Part shown: positions 1 to 11,844 of the stretch, in pieces | Layout: each line of letters begins with the position of its first letter | How positions within the stretch are numbered: the first letter of the stretch is position 1 | The notes under the pieces: model-generated | What the model was told of the DNA's origin: nothing | Database searches by the model: none | The model's input: only the letters and a program-made list of their open reading frames with translations | Made by a program: the position numbers and the translations under genes | Assembly: GCA_002269645.1 (NCBI GenBank) | Contig: NIVC01004868.1 | Coordinates: forward strand, 1 to 32,822 | Origin: Macrostomum lignano | Lineage: Eukaryota | DNA: 32,822 nucleotides | Reading direction: 5' to 3'

Positions 1-261
1 AAGGAATGCATGAGAGTGACAAGTGTATGCATGAGAGTGACAAGGACTGCTTAAGAGTAACAAGGATGCATGAGAGTGACAAGAAATGCATAGGAGAGAC
101 AAGGAATGCATGAGAGTGACAAGGAGTACATAAGAGTGACAAGGAATGAATAGGAGTGATAAGGAATGCATGAGAGTGACAAGGAATGCATTAGGGTGAC
201 AACAAATTATGGGAGTGACAAGGAGTGCATAAAGGTGACAAGAAATGCATGGAGTGACATG
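1..261. repeat. Degenerate ~20-bp minisatellite (aaggaatgcatgagagtgac), truncated by the window start
   Basis: About 12-13 imperfect copies visible directly. Confidence 0.9.
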
Positions 262-707
262 TTTGTAAAATCAAGTACATAAAGTTCTGAAATTAATTAA
301 GCTTGCAGAAATCAAGTACCGTCAGTATTTACCGACGCAATTTTAATTGATTGACTGAACCAACTCAATTGAGACGTCTCTGCACTTTAGACTGATTGAT
401 GCCTTATCAGGAGTGAGGTGGGGAGAGATAACAGAGGTTGGAGGCTCAACATAATTAAGGAGAGCATCGACGTGACTCTGAAGAATGAGAGGCCACAGAC
501 TTTAAGATTTGTTGAGCCTTGAAGTTGAAGCATTTTAATGAGCAGCATAATTCAATGATGAAAAGTTCATCTCTATCTCAAAATTATTTTTCAGCTCTTA
601 TTGTTGCCGCTAAGCTGACAGCAGCTGACAGAATTTGGCGGAAAAAGTGTCAAAGTTAATTAGCCCTTTATCGAAGCTGATATGAAGTCCTGGCGCTGCT
701 CAGATAG

Positions 708-1625
708 CTCTCTTCTCTCCCCTCCCTTCTCCCCTCCCCTTCTCACCTCCTCCTCTCCCCTCTCCTTCTCCCTCCCCTTCTCCCCTCTCCTTCTCTCCCC
801 TCTCCTTCTTTCCCCTCTCCTCCTCTTCCCTCTCTCTCCCTCTCCTTCTCCCCTTCTCCCCTCTCCTTCTCTCCCTCTCCTCCTCTCCCCTCTCCTCTCC
901 CTCTCCTTCTCTCCCTCTCCTCTCTCCCCTCTCCTCTCCCTCTCCTTCTTTCCCTCCACTTCTCTCCCCTCTCCTCCTCTCCCTCTCCTTCTCTCCCTCT
1001 CCTTCTCTCCCCTCTCCTCCTCTCCCTCTCCTCTCCCCTCTCCTCTCTCCCCTCTCCTCCTCTCCCTCTCCTCTCCCCTCTCCTTCTTCCCTCCACTTCT
1101 CTCCCCTCTCCTCCTCTCCCTCTCCTTCTCTCCCTCTCCTTCTCTCCCTCTCCTTCTCTCCCCTCTCCTCCTCTCCCCTCTCCTTCTCTCCCTCTCCTTC
1201 TCTCCCCTCTCCTTCTCTCCCCTCTCCTTCTCTCCCCTCTCCTTCTCTCCCTCTCCTTCTCTCCCTCTCTCCTCCCCTCTCCTCCTCTCCCCTCTCCTTC
1301 TCTCCCCTCTCCTTCTCTCCCTCTCCTTCTCTCCCCTCTCCTCCTCTCCCCTCTCCTTCTCTCCCTCTCCTTCTCTCCCTCTCCTCCTCTCCCCTCTCCT
1401 TCTCTCCCTCTCCTTCTCTCCCCTCTCCTTCTCTCCCCTCCTTCTCTCCCCTCTCTTCTCTCCCTCCCTTCTCTCCCCTCTCCTTCTCTCCCCCTCCTTC
1501 TCTTTCCTATTTCCCTGTCTCCTTCTCTCCTCTTTTTTCTTCTCTCCCCTCCTCCCCATCTCCGTTCTCTACTCCTCTCCCCTATCCCCTTCTCTCGTAT
1601 ATCAACAATCCCCTTTCCCTGCTCC
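708..1625. repeat. Polypyrimidine (C/T) low-complexity tandem array, ~15-nt units such as ctctcccctctcctt
   Basis: Almost purely C/T on the + strand; overlapping ORFs are repeat translations. Confidence 0.95.
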
Positions 1626-2345
1626 TTCTCTGTTAGAAATGCTAGACTTTGACTGAATTTCGCAGTCAGTCAGCGAGCCAATGAAATCGATTCAAAACAG
1701 ACGGCGACAATATCAATAACAAAGTGTTAATCCGTTAGCAACAGGCCATAAAAAAGCACGAAACAAGCAACAACAAAGTAAAACAGAATCTTACTCAGAG
1801 AAATGAGTTCAGTAGGCCAGACCTGACAGGTAGCATGACTGCGAACATGAATGGCTCAAATATTGACTCAAGCCGAATGCTTTTCTGCTTGCGTGAGTTT
1901 GTGTTTGTACTCGGCGAAAGGGCCGCCCGCCAGCGCATTAAAAGCAAAATCGCCAGAGTGAGAGTGCAGACGCTGGCAAACACAAGCAAAATGGTGTGAC
2001 TCAGAGTTAAGAAAACTGTAACTAATTCCTCTTATAGAATCAAATGGCACAGGGTTTTTGTTTTGACGGTTGACGGAGTAAAATAGCCAACAGAGTTACC
2101 GTAAGCCAATGATACACTCGGGAATGCAGTGATTTGTGTGAAGTCACGTTTCCAAGTATTCTTTTTTTGCGGCTAAGGGCAGACGTGAGAGCTGTTAGTT
2201 CTGGGCTATTGGGCCACGGGGAAAGGATAGAAGCTGTGATGATACTGTTATAGCTATTGAGATTCCGCCTTTCAAAATACAACGGGGGTTATTGGGCAAA
2301 AAGAGAGAGAATAAGTGGTGTCATTGTAGATTGAGTGAGTGAGGA

Positions 2346-4030
2346 TTTGGAGGGTGAGAGGGAGATGGAGGGTGAGAGGGAGATGGAAGGTGAGGGGAAA
2401 TGGAGTGTGAGAGGGAGATGGAGGGTGAGAGGGAGATGGAGGGTGAGAGGGAGATGGAGGGTGAGAGGGAGATGGAGGGTGAGAGGGAGATGGAGGGTGA
2501 GAGGGAGATGGAGGGTGAGAGGGAGATGGAGGGTGAGAGGAGATGGAGGGTGAGAGGGAGATGGAGGGTGAGAGGGAGATGGAGGGTGAGAGGGAGATGG
2601 AGGGTGAGAGAGAGATGGAGGGTGAGAGGGAGATGGAGGGTGAGAGGGAGATGGAGGGTGAGAGAGATGGAGGGTGAGAGGGAGATGGAGGGTGAGAGGG
2701 AGATGGAGGGTGAGAGGGAGATGGAGGGTGAGAGGGAGATGGAGGGTGAGAGGGAGATGGAGGGTGAGAGGGAGATGGAGGGTGAGAGGGAGAAGCAGGG
2801 TGAGAGGAGATGGAGGGTAAGAGAGAGATGGAGGGTGAGAGGGAGATGGAGGGTGAGAGGGAGATGGAGGGTGAGAGGGAGATGGAGGGTGAGAGGGAGA
2901 TGGAGGGTGAGAGGGAGATGGAGGGTGAGAGGGAGATGGAGGGTGAGAGGGAGATGGAGGGTGAGAGGGAGATGGAGGGTGAGAGGGAGATGGAGGGTGA
3001 GAGGGAGATGGAGGGTGAGAGGGAGATGGAGGGTGAGAGAGAGATGGAGGGTGAGAGGGAGATGGAGGGTGAGAGGGAGATGGAGGGTGAGAGAGATGGA
3101 GGGTGAGAGGGAGATGGAGGGTGAGAGGGAGATGGAGGGTGAGAGGGAGATGGAGGGTGAGAGGGAGATGGAGGGTGAGAGGGAGATGGAGGGTGAGAGG
3201 GAGATGGAGGGTGAGAGGGAGAAGCAGGGTGAGAGGGAGATGGAGGGTAAGAGAGAGATGGAGGGTGAGAGGGAGATGGAGGGTGAGAGGGAGATGGAGG
3301 GTGAGAGGGAGATGGAGGGTGAGAGGGAGATGGAGGGTGAGAGGGAGATGGAGGGTGAGAGGGAGATGGAGGGTGAGAGAGAGATGGAGGGTGAGAGGGA
3401 GATGGAGGGTAAGAGAGAGATGGAGGGTGAGAGGGAGATGGAGGGTGAGAGTGAGATGGAGGGTGAGAGAGATGGAGGGTGAGAGGGAGATGGAGGGTGA
3501 GAGGGAGATGGAGGGTGAGAGTGAGATGGAGGGTGAGAGAGATGGAGGGTGAGAGGGAGATGGAGGGTGAGAGGAGATGGAGGGTGAGAGAGAGATGGAG
3601 GGTGAGAGAGAGATGGAGGGTGAGAGAGAGATGGAGGGTGAGAGGGAGATGGAGGGTGAGAGGGAGGTGGAGGGTGAAAGGGAGGTGGAGGGTGAAAGGG
3701 AGGTGGAGGGTGAGAGGGAGGTGGAGGGTGAGAGGGAGGTGGAGGGTGAGAGGGAGGTGGAGGGTGAGAGGGAGGTGGAGGGTGAAAGGGAGGTGGAGGG
3801 TGAAAGGGAGGTGGAGGGTGAGAGGGAGGTGGAGGGTGAAAGGGAGGTGGAGGGTGAGAGGGAGGTGGAGGGTGAGAGGGAGGTGGAGGGTGAAAGGGAG
3901 GTGGAGGGTGAAAGGGAGATGGAGGGTGAAAGGGAGGTAGAGGGTGAAAGGGAGGTGGAGGGTGAAAGGGAGGTGGAGGGAGAGAGGGAGATTGAAGTTG
4001 AGAGGGAGATGGAAGGAAGAGGGAGATAGC
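2346..4030. repeat. 18-bp polypurine minisatellite (gagggtgagagggagatg)n, ~90 copies
   Basis: Unit read directly; the gagatg variant switches to gaggtg at ~3660. Confidence 0.97.
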
Positions 4031-4857
4031 GATTGATAAGGGTGAGAGAAGATTGAGAAAGAGAGAGAGAGGAGATGGAGAAGGAGAAGAGGATTTAGAG
4101 ATGCAGCAAAGGCTAAGAGAGCCAGCAGACAGCGGTTGCCGGCGGTGCCCTCACCAGAAAAGTACCCCTGTCCCCCCTGTCCCAACCGCGGAAGCCGGCG
4201 CGTCACAGAGAGAAATCGAGAAAGAATGAGAGAAGAAAGTTCAAACACTTCAGCAGCCGGAGGCTGGCCCGTCCCGCCCACCAATTCAGCCCCCCCCCCG
4301 CGGGGCACTCCATCATCTCAAAGTCCTCAATTTTTACCCCCCCCCCTATCCGGAGAGGCTGGGCGCGGAAAGGAGATGACGATCTGCCCGAGTCGCGATT
4401 TGAGGAGGTCTCGAATACCCTCCGGTCATGGCAGCCCGGGCGTGGAAGTGGAAAATAGGGGGGGGGTGGAGGGTATGGGATATCTTCCCAGCTAGCGGCT
4501 CAATTAGGCAGAGCTTCTGAATTGCGGCAAAAATCTAAGAAAAACTGCTCACCGACATTGGCTGAGTAAATCTGCGCGCGCCTAAGTGGGATGGAAGTTT
4601 GATTTATTTTTAATTCTTCTTTGTCTTAATTCCTTCCCGCATCAGTTCTTTGTACGAGTACTTCGCGTCTCTTATTGCGACGTCAATTTCAGTTAATCAC
4701 ATATTCTCTCCTCTTAGATTCTTCCTGAAGCTCATCTTTTCCCATCTGAGTCACACCTATCACCGGTTGCACCTGAATCTCATTTCTGTCTGTCTGTCTC
4801 TCTCTCTCCATGAATCTGATCTTCTCCCACCCCTGAATCTCTTGTGTTTTCTTCTCT

Positions 4858-5285
4858 CCCCTGAATCTCATCTCCTCTCCTCTCCCCCTGAATCTCATCT
4901 CCTCTCCTCTCCCCTGAATCTCATCTCCTCTCCTCTCCCCCTGAATCTCATCTCCTCTCCTCTCCCCTGAATCTCATCTCCTCTTCTCTCTCCTCCCTAA
5001 ATCTCATCTTATCTTCTCTCTCCTCCGAGTCTCATCTCATCTCCTTTTTCCTTTGAATCCCATCTTCTCTCATCTCATCTCCGATCCCCTAAATCTCATC
5101 TCATCTCCTCTCCCCCTAAATCTCATCTCATCTTCTCTCTCCCCAAAAATCTCATCTCATCTTTTCTCTCCCCTGATCCCCTGAATGTCATCTCATCTCT
5201 CTCCGCCTAATCTTACCTCCTCTCCTCTCACCCTTGATTCCCATCTCTCAATTCTCATCACTGAATCCCGTCTCTCATCTCAGCC
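4858..5285. repeat. 26-27-bp pyrimidine-rich minisatellite (ctgaatctcatctcctctcctctcccc), decaying rightwards
   Basis: Repeated ctgaatctcatctc / ctaaatctcatct cores. Confidence 0.85.
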
Positions 5286-5835
5286 TTACTTCCCCAAGAA
5301 TGCCATCACCGCAGACTCCCAGCCGGACAGAATTGCTCCCAACCCAATGGAATCTGGAAAAATCTATCATCACGCAGATGAGGATTGCTCGGCCGGGTGA
5401 CGAGCTGCCTGCCACCTCCAGCGCCGGGGCCCCAAGAGGCTGGGAGTCACTTCAGTTCAACTGCCGGTCGTCGGCAGATGTTTCCTGCCAGCGCTAATCC
5501 CCGCCTATTCCCAGACAATTTCGACAGCCTATTTTCTGGGTTGGGTGGATGTTCGGGATTCCAGAATGTGAAGCTCCTTCGCATGTCTCCGCCCCCTGTC
5601 CCTGCTCACAGCGAGTCCTCAACTTCATCCCCAGATTGTCTGAAGCAGGATCTCAGCTTTATCTAATAGGAATTCTCTAGAATGAATCTTCTGCAGATTC
5701 AGTTGGGATCAATAGTAGTTGAACTTGGTGACCCTGTTGAATGTGTAGCAACGGTTTAGTTACCTTACGGATGTGGACAATGGATCGCATATTTGAAGAA
5801 GGGAAGAAGGAGAGATGAGAGGGTAGAGGGGAGAG

Positions 5836-6670
5836 GGTGGATGTGTCAGAGAAAGGGTGAGTAGATGTGTCAAAGCAGGGGTGAGTAGATGTGTCAAAGC
5901 AAGGGTGAGTAGATGTGTCAGAGCAGGGGTGAGTAGATGTGTCAAAGCAAGTAGATGTGTCAGAGCAGGGGTGAGTAGATGTGTCAGAGCAGGGGTGAGT
6001 AGATGTGTCAGAGCAGGGGTGAGTAGATGTGTCAGAGCAGGGGTGAGTAGATGTGTCAGAGCAGGGGTGAGTAGATGTGTCAGAGCAGGGGTGAGTAGAT
6101 GTGTCAAAGCAGGGGTGAGTAGATGTGTCAGAGCAGGGGTGAGTAGATGTGTCAAAGCAAGGGTGAGTAGATGTGTCAGAGCAGGGGTGAGTAGATGTGT
6201 CAAAGCAGGGGTGAGTAGATGTGTCAGAGCAGGGGTGAGTAGATGTGTCAAAGCAAGGGTGAGTAGATGTGTCAGAGCAGGGGTGAGTAGATGTGTCAAA
6301 GCAAGTAGATGTGTCAGAGCAGGGGTGAGTAGATGTGTCAAAGCAAGGGTGAGTAGATGTGTCAGAGCAGGGGTGAGTAGATGTGTCAAAGCAAGGGTGA
6401 GTAGATGTGTCAGAGCAGGGGTGAGTAGATGTGTCAAAGCAAGGGTGAGTAGATGTGTCAGAGCAGGGGTGAGTAGATGTGTCAAAGCAGGGGTGAGAAG
6501 ATAGAGAGTGGATGTGTCAGAGCAGGGGTGAGAGGGAGATAGTGGATGTGTCAGAGCAGGGGTCAGAGGGAGATAGTGGATGTGTCAGAGCAGGGGTGAG
6601 AGGGAGATAGTGGATGTGTCAGAGCAGGGGTGAGAGGGAGATAGTGGATGTGTGAGAGCAGGGGTGAGAG
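5836..6670. repeat. 24-bp minisatellite (ggggtgagtagatgtgtcagagca)n with a 34-bp variant tail
   Basis: About 27 near-perfect copies, then ~4 copies of ggggtgagagggagatagtggatgtgtcagagca from ~6526. Confidence 0.97.
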
Positions 6671-7301
6671 GAGAGAAGAGACGCTCCTATACTTGAGCAG
6701 GCAAGCTCACAGGCCGAGAGCATTGCAAATGACACGACTCTGACAACCCTGAGGCTGCAACATCTCGAAGCAAGCTGCCTACAATAGCCGAGAGCAGTTT
6801 CAATTTGATTAAAATAAAGTTTTTTTCACTCCCAGTTGGATAAAATAGTGTGGCTGATACAGGAATGCCCTTAGCCCGGGAGTTGCTCGCACTGGTTCCT
6901 TCCTGCCCACCCTCCGCCCGCTCCTTGCTCGGCAAACAATGGCTGTTGGCTCTGGGAGGGGGGGGGTTGCAGTCCAAGCAGACCGACTGCTTGGCAGCAG
7001 CGTTGAACCGCAGTTGTTGCGTGCAGTGTTTCGTTTCTGAGGCCTCTGTTGGACAAGCATGACAGCCGGGAGTGCAAACACTGGGGGGGGGCTGGCTACC
7101 TTACTCACTTTACTCGCCTTTGAGCTCATATATCCAAGCAATGTTGCCAAACTAAGGGCGTACGTGTACTTGATGCATAGAAGGAGAAGTTAAATAATGA
7201 GTTCAGGCTGGTTCGGCAGATAACTTTGGCTATTTTATTGACCCGATTTTATAAATCAAAGTTTAAATCTTTAACGCTTCTTTAAATTTTAAATGGATTT
7301 A

Positions 7302-7535
7302 AAAATGGCGCCGATTTAATTTAAAGAATTGCGCTAATTTGATTTAAAGAATTGCGCTAATTTGATCTAAAGAATGGCACCAATTTAATTTAAAGAATGG
7401 CGCCAATTTGATTTGAAGAATGGCGCCAATTTGATTTGAAAAATGCTCCGATTTAATTAAACTGGGCGCCGATCTACCTGGATTTGGCGCCGATCTACAA
7501 AGACTGGGTGCCGATCTATAAAGGTTGGGCGCCAA
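7302..7535. repeat. 23-bp tandem repeat (aatttgatttaaagaattgcgct / ggcgccaat variants) grading into ggcgccgatcta repeats
   Basis: About 7 copies plus ~4 derived copies read directly. Confidence 0.8.
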
Positions 7536-7582
7536 CTTCTGCCTGATGGAACCGGATCTGTTTGCCAATTAGTCTCTGTCAG

Positions 7583-9656
7583 GACCGCCTGACTTTCATG
7601 GGGATGATGGGGCAATCAGTGAGTGAGGAAAAATACAATTAGAGAACAGAAGAGGAGAGTCCAGGCGGGATACAGATATCGAGATTATCTGACCGGCAAT
7701 TATCAGTTGCCGCATCGGCTTCAGCCTCGTGGACGCCAATTCTTATCTATTGTGCAGAAATTCCGCGCTACAAAAGCGATGACAAGGTCCCACCTGGTAA
7801 CAAAGCATCAGCGGGGGGGCTCTGCGCAGACAATTTTGGAGGTGACTAAGACGCTACGAGATCCTCAGCAATGACTTGATGGTCAAAAAAGTATCTGTTG
7901 CTTCTCTGCTGCGTGTGTCTAGAATTCTTACATCAATTAACACTGCGCAGGAATTCAGGTATAAGGGATCTGAGAGAGGGGATTAGAGAAAGGGGGAAAG
8001 GTCGGAGGCCGGCGCCCCGCACGGCTAATGTGGGATAATCTTCCCAAATCTGAATCCTCTCTTAAAGAATTCCACGCAACTGGGCATCAGCTGCTGCCGT
8101 TGTTCAAATTCCATAAGGCTGCTGCATGCTTTTCACCGCAGATCTGCAAGGCAGTAAGCGGCTCCACACAAGACAGATTTCAAAGCCTGGGGTACTTTAG
8201 GGTACAAGAAGTTGCGGGCTGAATTGGATTTGACAGCAGTAAGATGAGAGTTTTTATACGAGTAGTATATTATGTATGCGAACAGGCTGCTATGCTTGCA
8301 GTCCTGTGAAGTTCTAAATTTTCTATAATTGATAGTTCCCCATCTGTGTTTAGTTCCCCATCCTTGATTAGTTCCCCATCTGTGTTTAGTTCCCCACCCT
8401 TGATTAGTTCCCCATCCTTGATTAGTTCCCCATCTGTGTTTAGTTCCCCATCCTTGATTAGTTCCTCACCCTTGATTAGTTCCTCATCTGTGTTTAGTTC
8501 CCCATCCTTGATTAGTTCCCCATCTGTGTTTAGTTCCCCATCTGTGTTTAGTTCCCCACCCTTGATTAGTTCCCCATCCTTGATTAGTTCCCCATCTGTG
8601 TTTAGTTCCCCATCCTTGATTAGTTCCTCACCCTTGATTAGTTCCTCATCTGTGTTTAGTTCCCCATCCTTGATTAGTTCCCCATCTGTGTTTAGTTCCC
8701 CATCTGTGTTTAGTTCCCCATCCTTGAGTAGTTCCTCATCTGTGTTTAGTTCCCCATCCTTGAGTAGTTCCTCATCTGTGTTTAGTTCCCCATCCTTGAT
8801 TAGTTCCCCACCCTTGATTAGTTCCTCATCTGTGTTTAGTTCCCCATCCTTGATTAGTTCCCCACCCTTGATTAGCTCCCCATCCTTGATTAGTTCCCCA
8901 TCCTTGATTAGTTCCCCACCCTTGATTAGTTCCTCATCTGTGTTTAGTTCCCCATCCTTGATTAGTTCCCCACCCTTGATTAGCTCCCCATCCTTGATTA
9001 GTTCCCCACCCTTGATTAGTTCCCCATCCTTGATTAGTTCCTCATCTGTGTTTAGTTCCCCATCCTTAATTAGTTCCCCACCCTTGATTAGCTCCCCATA
9101 CTTGATTAGTTCCCCACCCTTGATTAGCTCCCCATCCTTGATTAGTTCCCCACCCTTGATTAGTTCCCCATCCTTGATTAGCTCCCCATCCTTGATTAGT
9201 TCCCCATCTGTGTTTAGTTCCCCATCCTTGTTAGTAACAAAGTAAAATCCAAAGCTCAAAAAATGGCAACCCCGCCGTAAAAATTCAGTGTTTTATGGCG
9301 TCGCGGCCAGCTCGGGTCACCGACATTTTATACCGACACCCTGCATGCCCAGCCAGTGATGCTAGTGGGGGAGGGATAATATTAACCCGAGTGGTATGAT
9401 GCCGAATTTGGTTTTGTTGCCACTTAAGATCCCAGAGGGAGGAAGATTAAAGTATTTGGTAACTTACTCTGGTGCTAGCGCTATAGCAAGAGATTAGTAC
9501 CGTACTACATAACACTGTACGCCTTACAAACTGCTTTTAAGATAAAAAGGTCAGCTGAGGTCGTCAATTTCACAGAGATCTTTACTAAAACGGCCGCACG
9601 GGGAATGCCAATAAATTTGACGACAAATCCATACACTAAAAATGGTCTGTCGGTAG
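7583..9656 (+). CDS. Candidate micro-exon gene segment of unknown product: exons 7583-7618, 7758-7796, 7923-7958, 8142-8153, 9429-9458, 9576-9656
   Basis: Six segments, each with a pyrimidine-tract AG acceptor and a GT donor (gtgagt, gtaaca, gtataa, gtaagc, gtaact, gtatgt). Lengths 36/39/36/12/30/81 are all multiples of 3, and the chain is open only in phase 1: PPDFHGDDGAI-KIPRYKSDDKVPP-EFLHQLTLRRNS-DLQG-NPRGRKIKVF-EIFTKTAARGMPINLTTNPYTKNGLSV. No recognised homology. Confidence 0.35.
8333..9232. repeat. 18-bp minisatellite with interleaved variants (agttccccatccttgatt / agttccccatctgtgttt), ~50 copies
   Basis: Unit read directly. Confidence 0.97.
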
Positions 9657-9782
9657 GTATGTGTGTGATCGATTTAAGAAAAAATTGTCACTTAAACTGT
9701 CAATTAAATGAGGCTAACTTTGTTTTTCTTGGAATTCCTAATAGGCTGTAACTTATTTTGTTACGAACTTCTAAGCTGACAG

Positions 9783-10508
9783 GGAATCACTCAGATGCCA
9801 ATGGTCATGAGGAATCACTCAGATGCCAATGGTCATGAGGAATCACTCAGATGCCAATGGTCATGAGGAATCACTCAGATGCCAATGGTCATGAGGAATC
9901 ACTCAGATGCCAATGGTCATGAGGAATCACTCAGATGCCAATGGTCATGAGGAATCACTCAGATGCCAATGGTCATGGGGAATCACTCAGATGCTATGCA
10001 TGGCTCATGGGAATCACTCAGATCAGTGTCAGATGCCAATGGTCATGGGGAATCACTCAGATGCCAATGGTCATGAGGAATCACTCAGATGCCAATGGTC
10101 ATGAGGAATCACTCAGATGTCAATGGTCATGAGGAATCACTCAGATGCCAATGGTCATGGAGAATCACTCAGATGCCAATGGTCATGGGGAATCACTCAG
10201 ATGCCAATGGTCATGGGGAATCACTCAGATGCCAATGGTCATGGGGAATCACTCAGATGCCAATGGTCATGGGGAATCACTCAGATGCCAATGGTCATGG
10301 GGAATCACTCAGATGCCAATGGTCATGGGGAATCACTCAGATGCCAATGGTCATGGGGAATCACTCAGATGCCAATGGTCATGGGGAATCACTCAGATGC
10401 CAATGGTCATGGGGAATCACTCAGATGCCAATGGTCATGTGGAATCACTCAGATGCCAATGGTCATGGGGAATCACTCAGATGCTAATGGTCATGGGGAA
10501 TTACTCAG
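9783..10508. repeat. 28-bp minisatellite (ggaatcactcagatgccaatggtcatga/g), ~25 copies
   Basis: Near-perfect tandem copies with no unique spacers. Confidence 0.97.
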
Positions 10509-11844
10509 CTGCCAAGCATGTGACAAAGGTTTAACATAGAATATCTCATATGAAATGAACTGAAAGGCAAAGACTGATAGCTAAATTTAATAGAAAAACG
10601 TGTTAGAATTGAATTGCTTGTGAAGTGATTTAGCTTTTTTCGTTGTTTTATTTTCATTTTCACATCATTTTAAACTTTAGGCTTTAGAAGATAGCAAATT
10701 ACTGTAAAAAGAATGAAGTTTCGAGACTGACAGTAAACTGTTATAACTAAATATTTTGCTTGCTTATCAAACACACCAAAATATGATGAATAATTTAAAG
10801 AAGCTTTCATTTCTATAAATTGTAAAAATGGCAAACGTGGAGGTTAAAGAATAGACACAGTAAAATACTCGTAGAAAACACTTTTTAGAACAAAACTATG
10901 AAAATTGAAAATATAAGGTTGAACCAAAACTGAATGAAAATTGTTTTTAAAAAATAAATGTTTAAAACGGGCCATACTACTTTCAGTAACAAAAATTGAA
11001 ATTAATGACAAGACTATCGTTTTTTACTCCCGAGTTCTCGATATATACTACTAACTGCAAGCCAATGCAAACCAGTCCTTAAAGAGTAGTTACTCGTACT
11101 ACAAATTGAGACAAATGTCAATGCCTCAATTTGTCTATGGCCAAACCCATTCAGTGCTTTGCGTTCTCTAAGAGTGTTTTTTCGGTGAAGCCTCCTATAG
11201 TGTCGAGTTCTTTTCGTATCGTTTCCCAATCTAGTTCAACAAAACCTCCCAATATGAAATTTCCTCATTCCATTCCATCTTTAGAGCACAACCAAAAGTT
11301 TCTATTTTTACGCAAGCTTTATTCAGTCATTTGGGCAACATTCTTCAATCTGTACGAGTACTTCTAATGCGCAACACAAGAGACAACCTTAATGTGTGAA
11401 AATCTCAAGCAGTCACCGAATATTCAACTTGGCACTTTAGGTCAACTTCAGCCTTCGCTCTTTGATTTTATTTCAGCCTATCTCTTTTTGGCCTGTTTAT
11501 TAGATAAGTTTTAAGAAATTTCTGCTCGATTGTACATATTTTGACTGCTTTCAATTAGAAGAAGTACATAAAGAAAAGTGTTATGACTATGCTGTCGAAA
11601 TAGTATTATGCTTGTATAGTTTAGATTTGAGCTTTGCCCCAATTCCTTACTTCTCCTTCCTGTCTAAATGGAAATGTTAAATATGGTGTTCTAAAATGGA
11701 ATGACGCAATTTCAGTTTTCTGTACTACTTAAGTTTTTCAGCTCTCTGTCTGGTCTGGTAATGTCTGGTAATGATCAAATTAAGAAAAAACTGACTTAAT
11801 TGCTGTTGTTTAAAACTCGCCTTAACTCGAATACAATACAGCCG

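Noticed and set aside
660-4308. Long ORFs (E/R/G-rich, S/P/L-rich, MEGERE repeats)
   Set aside because: Translations of stop-free 15-18-bp satellites, open on both strands and in several frames; no coding signal.
5760-6504. LTHLLTPA / VSRCVRAG repeat ORFs
   Set aside because: Products of the 24-bp array.
9783-10508. 28-bp repeats as a CRISPR array
   Set aside because: Copies abut with no unique spacers, there are no cas genes, and the context is eukaryotic. The same applies to the 24-, 25- and 30-bp arrays.
8270-10539. DGELIK / ISSPSL and MPMVMGNHSDANGHGESLRCQWS repeat ORFs
   Set aside because: Translations of the 18-bp and 28-bp arrays.
11101-11134. 10-bp perfect hairpin acaaattgag/ctcaatttgt
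   Set aside because: Single short stem in AT-rich DNA; compatible with chance.
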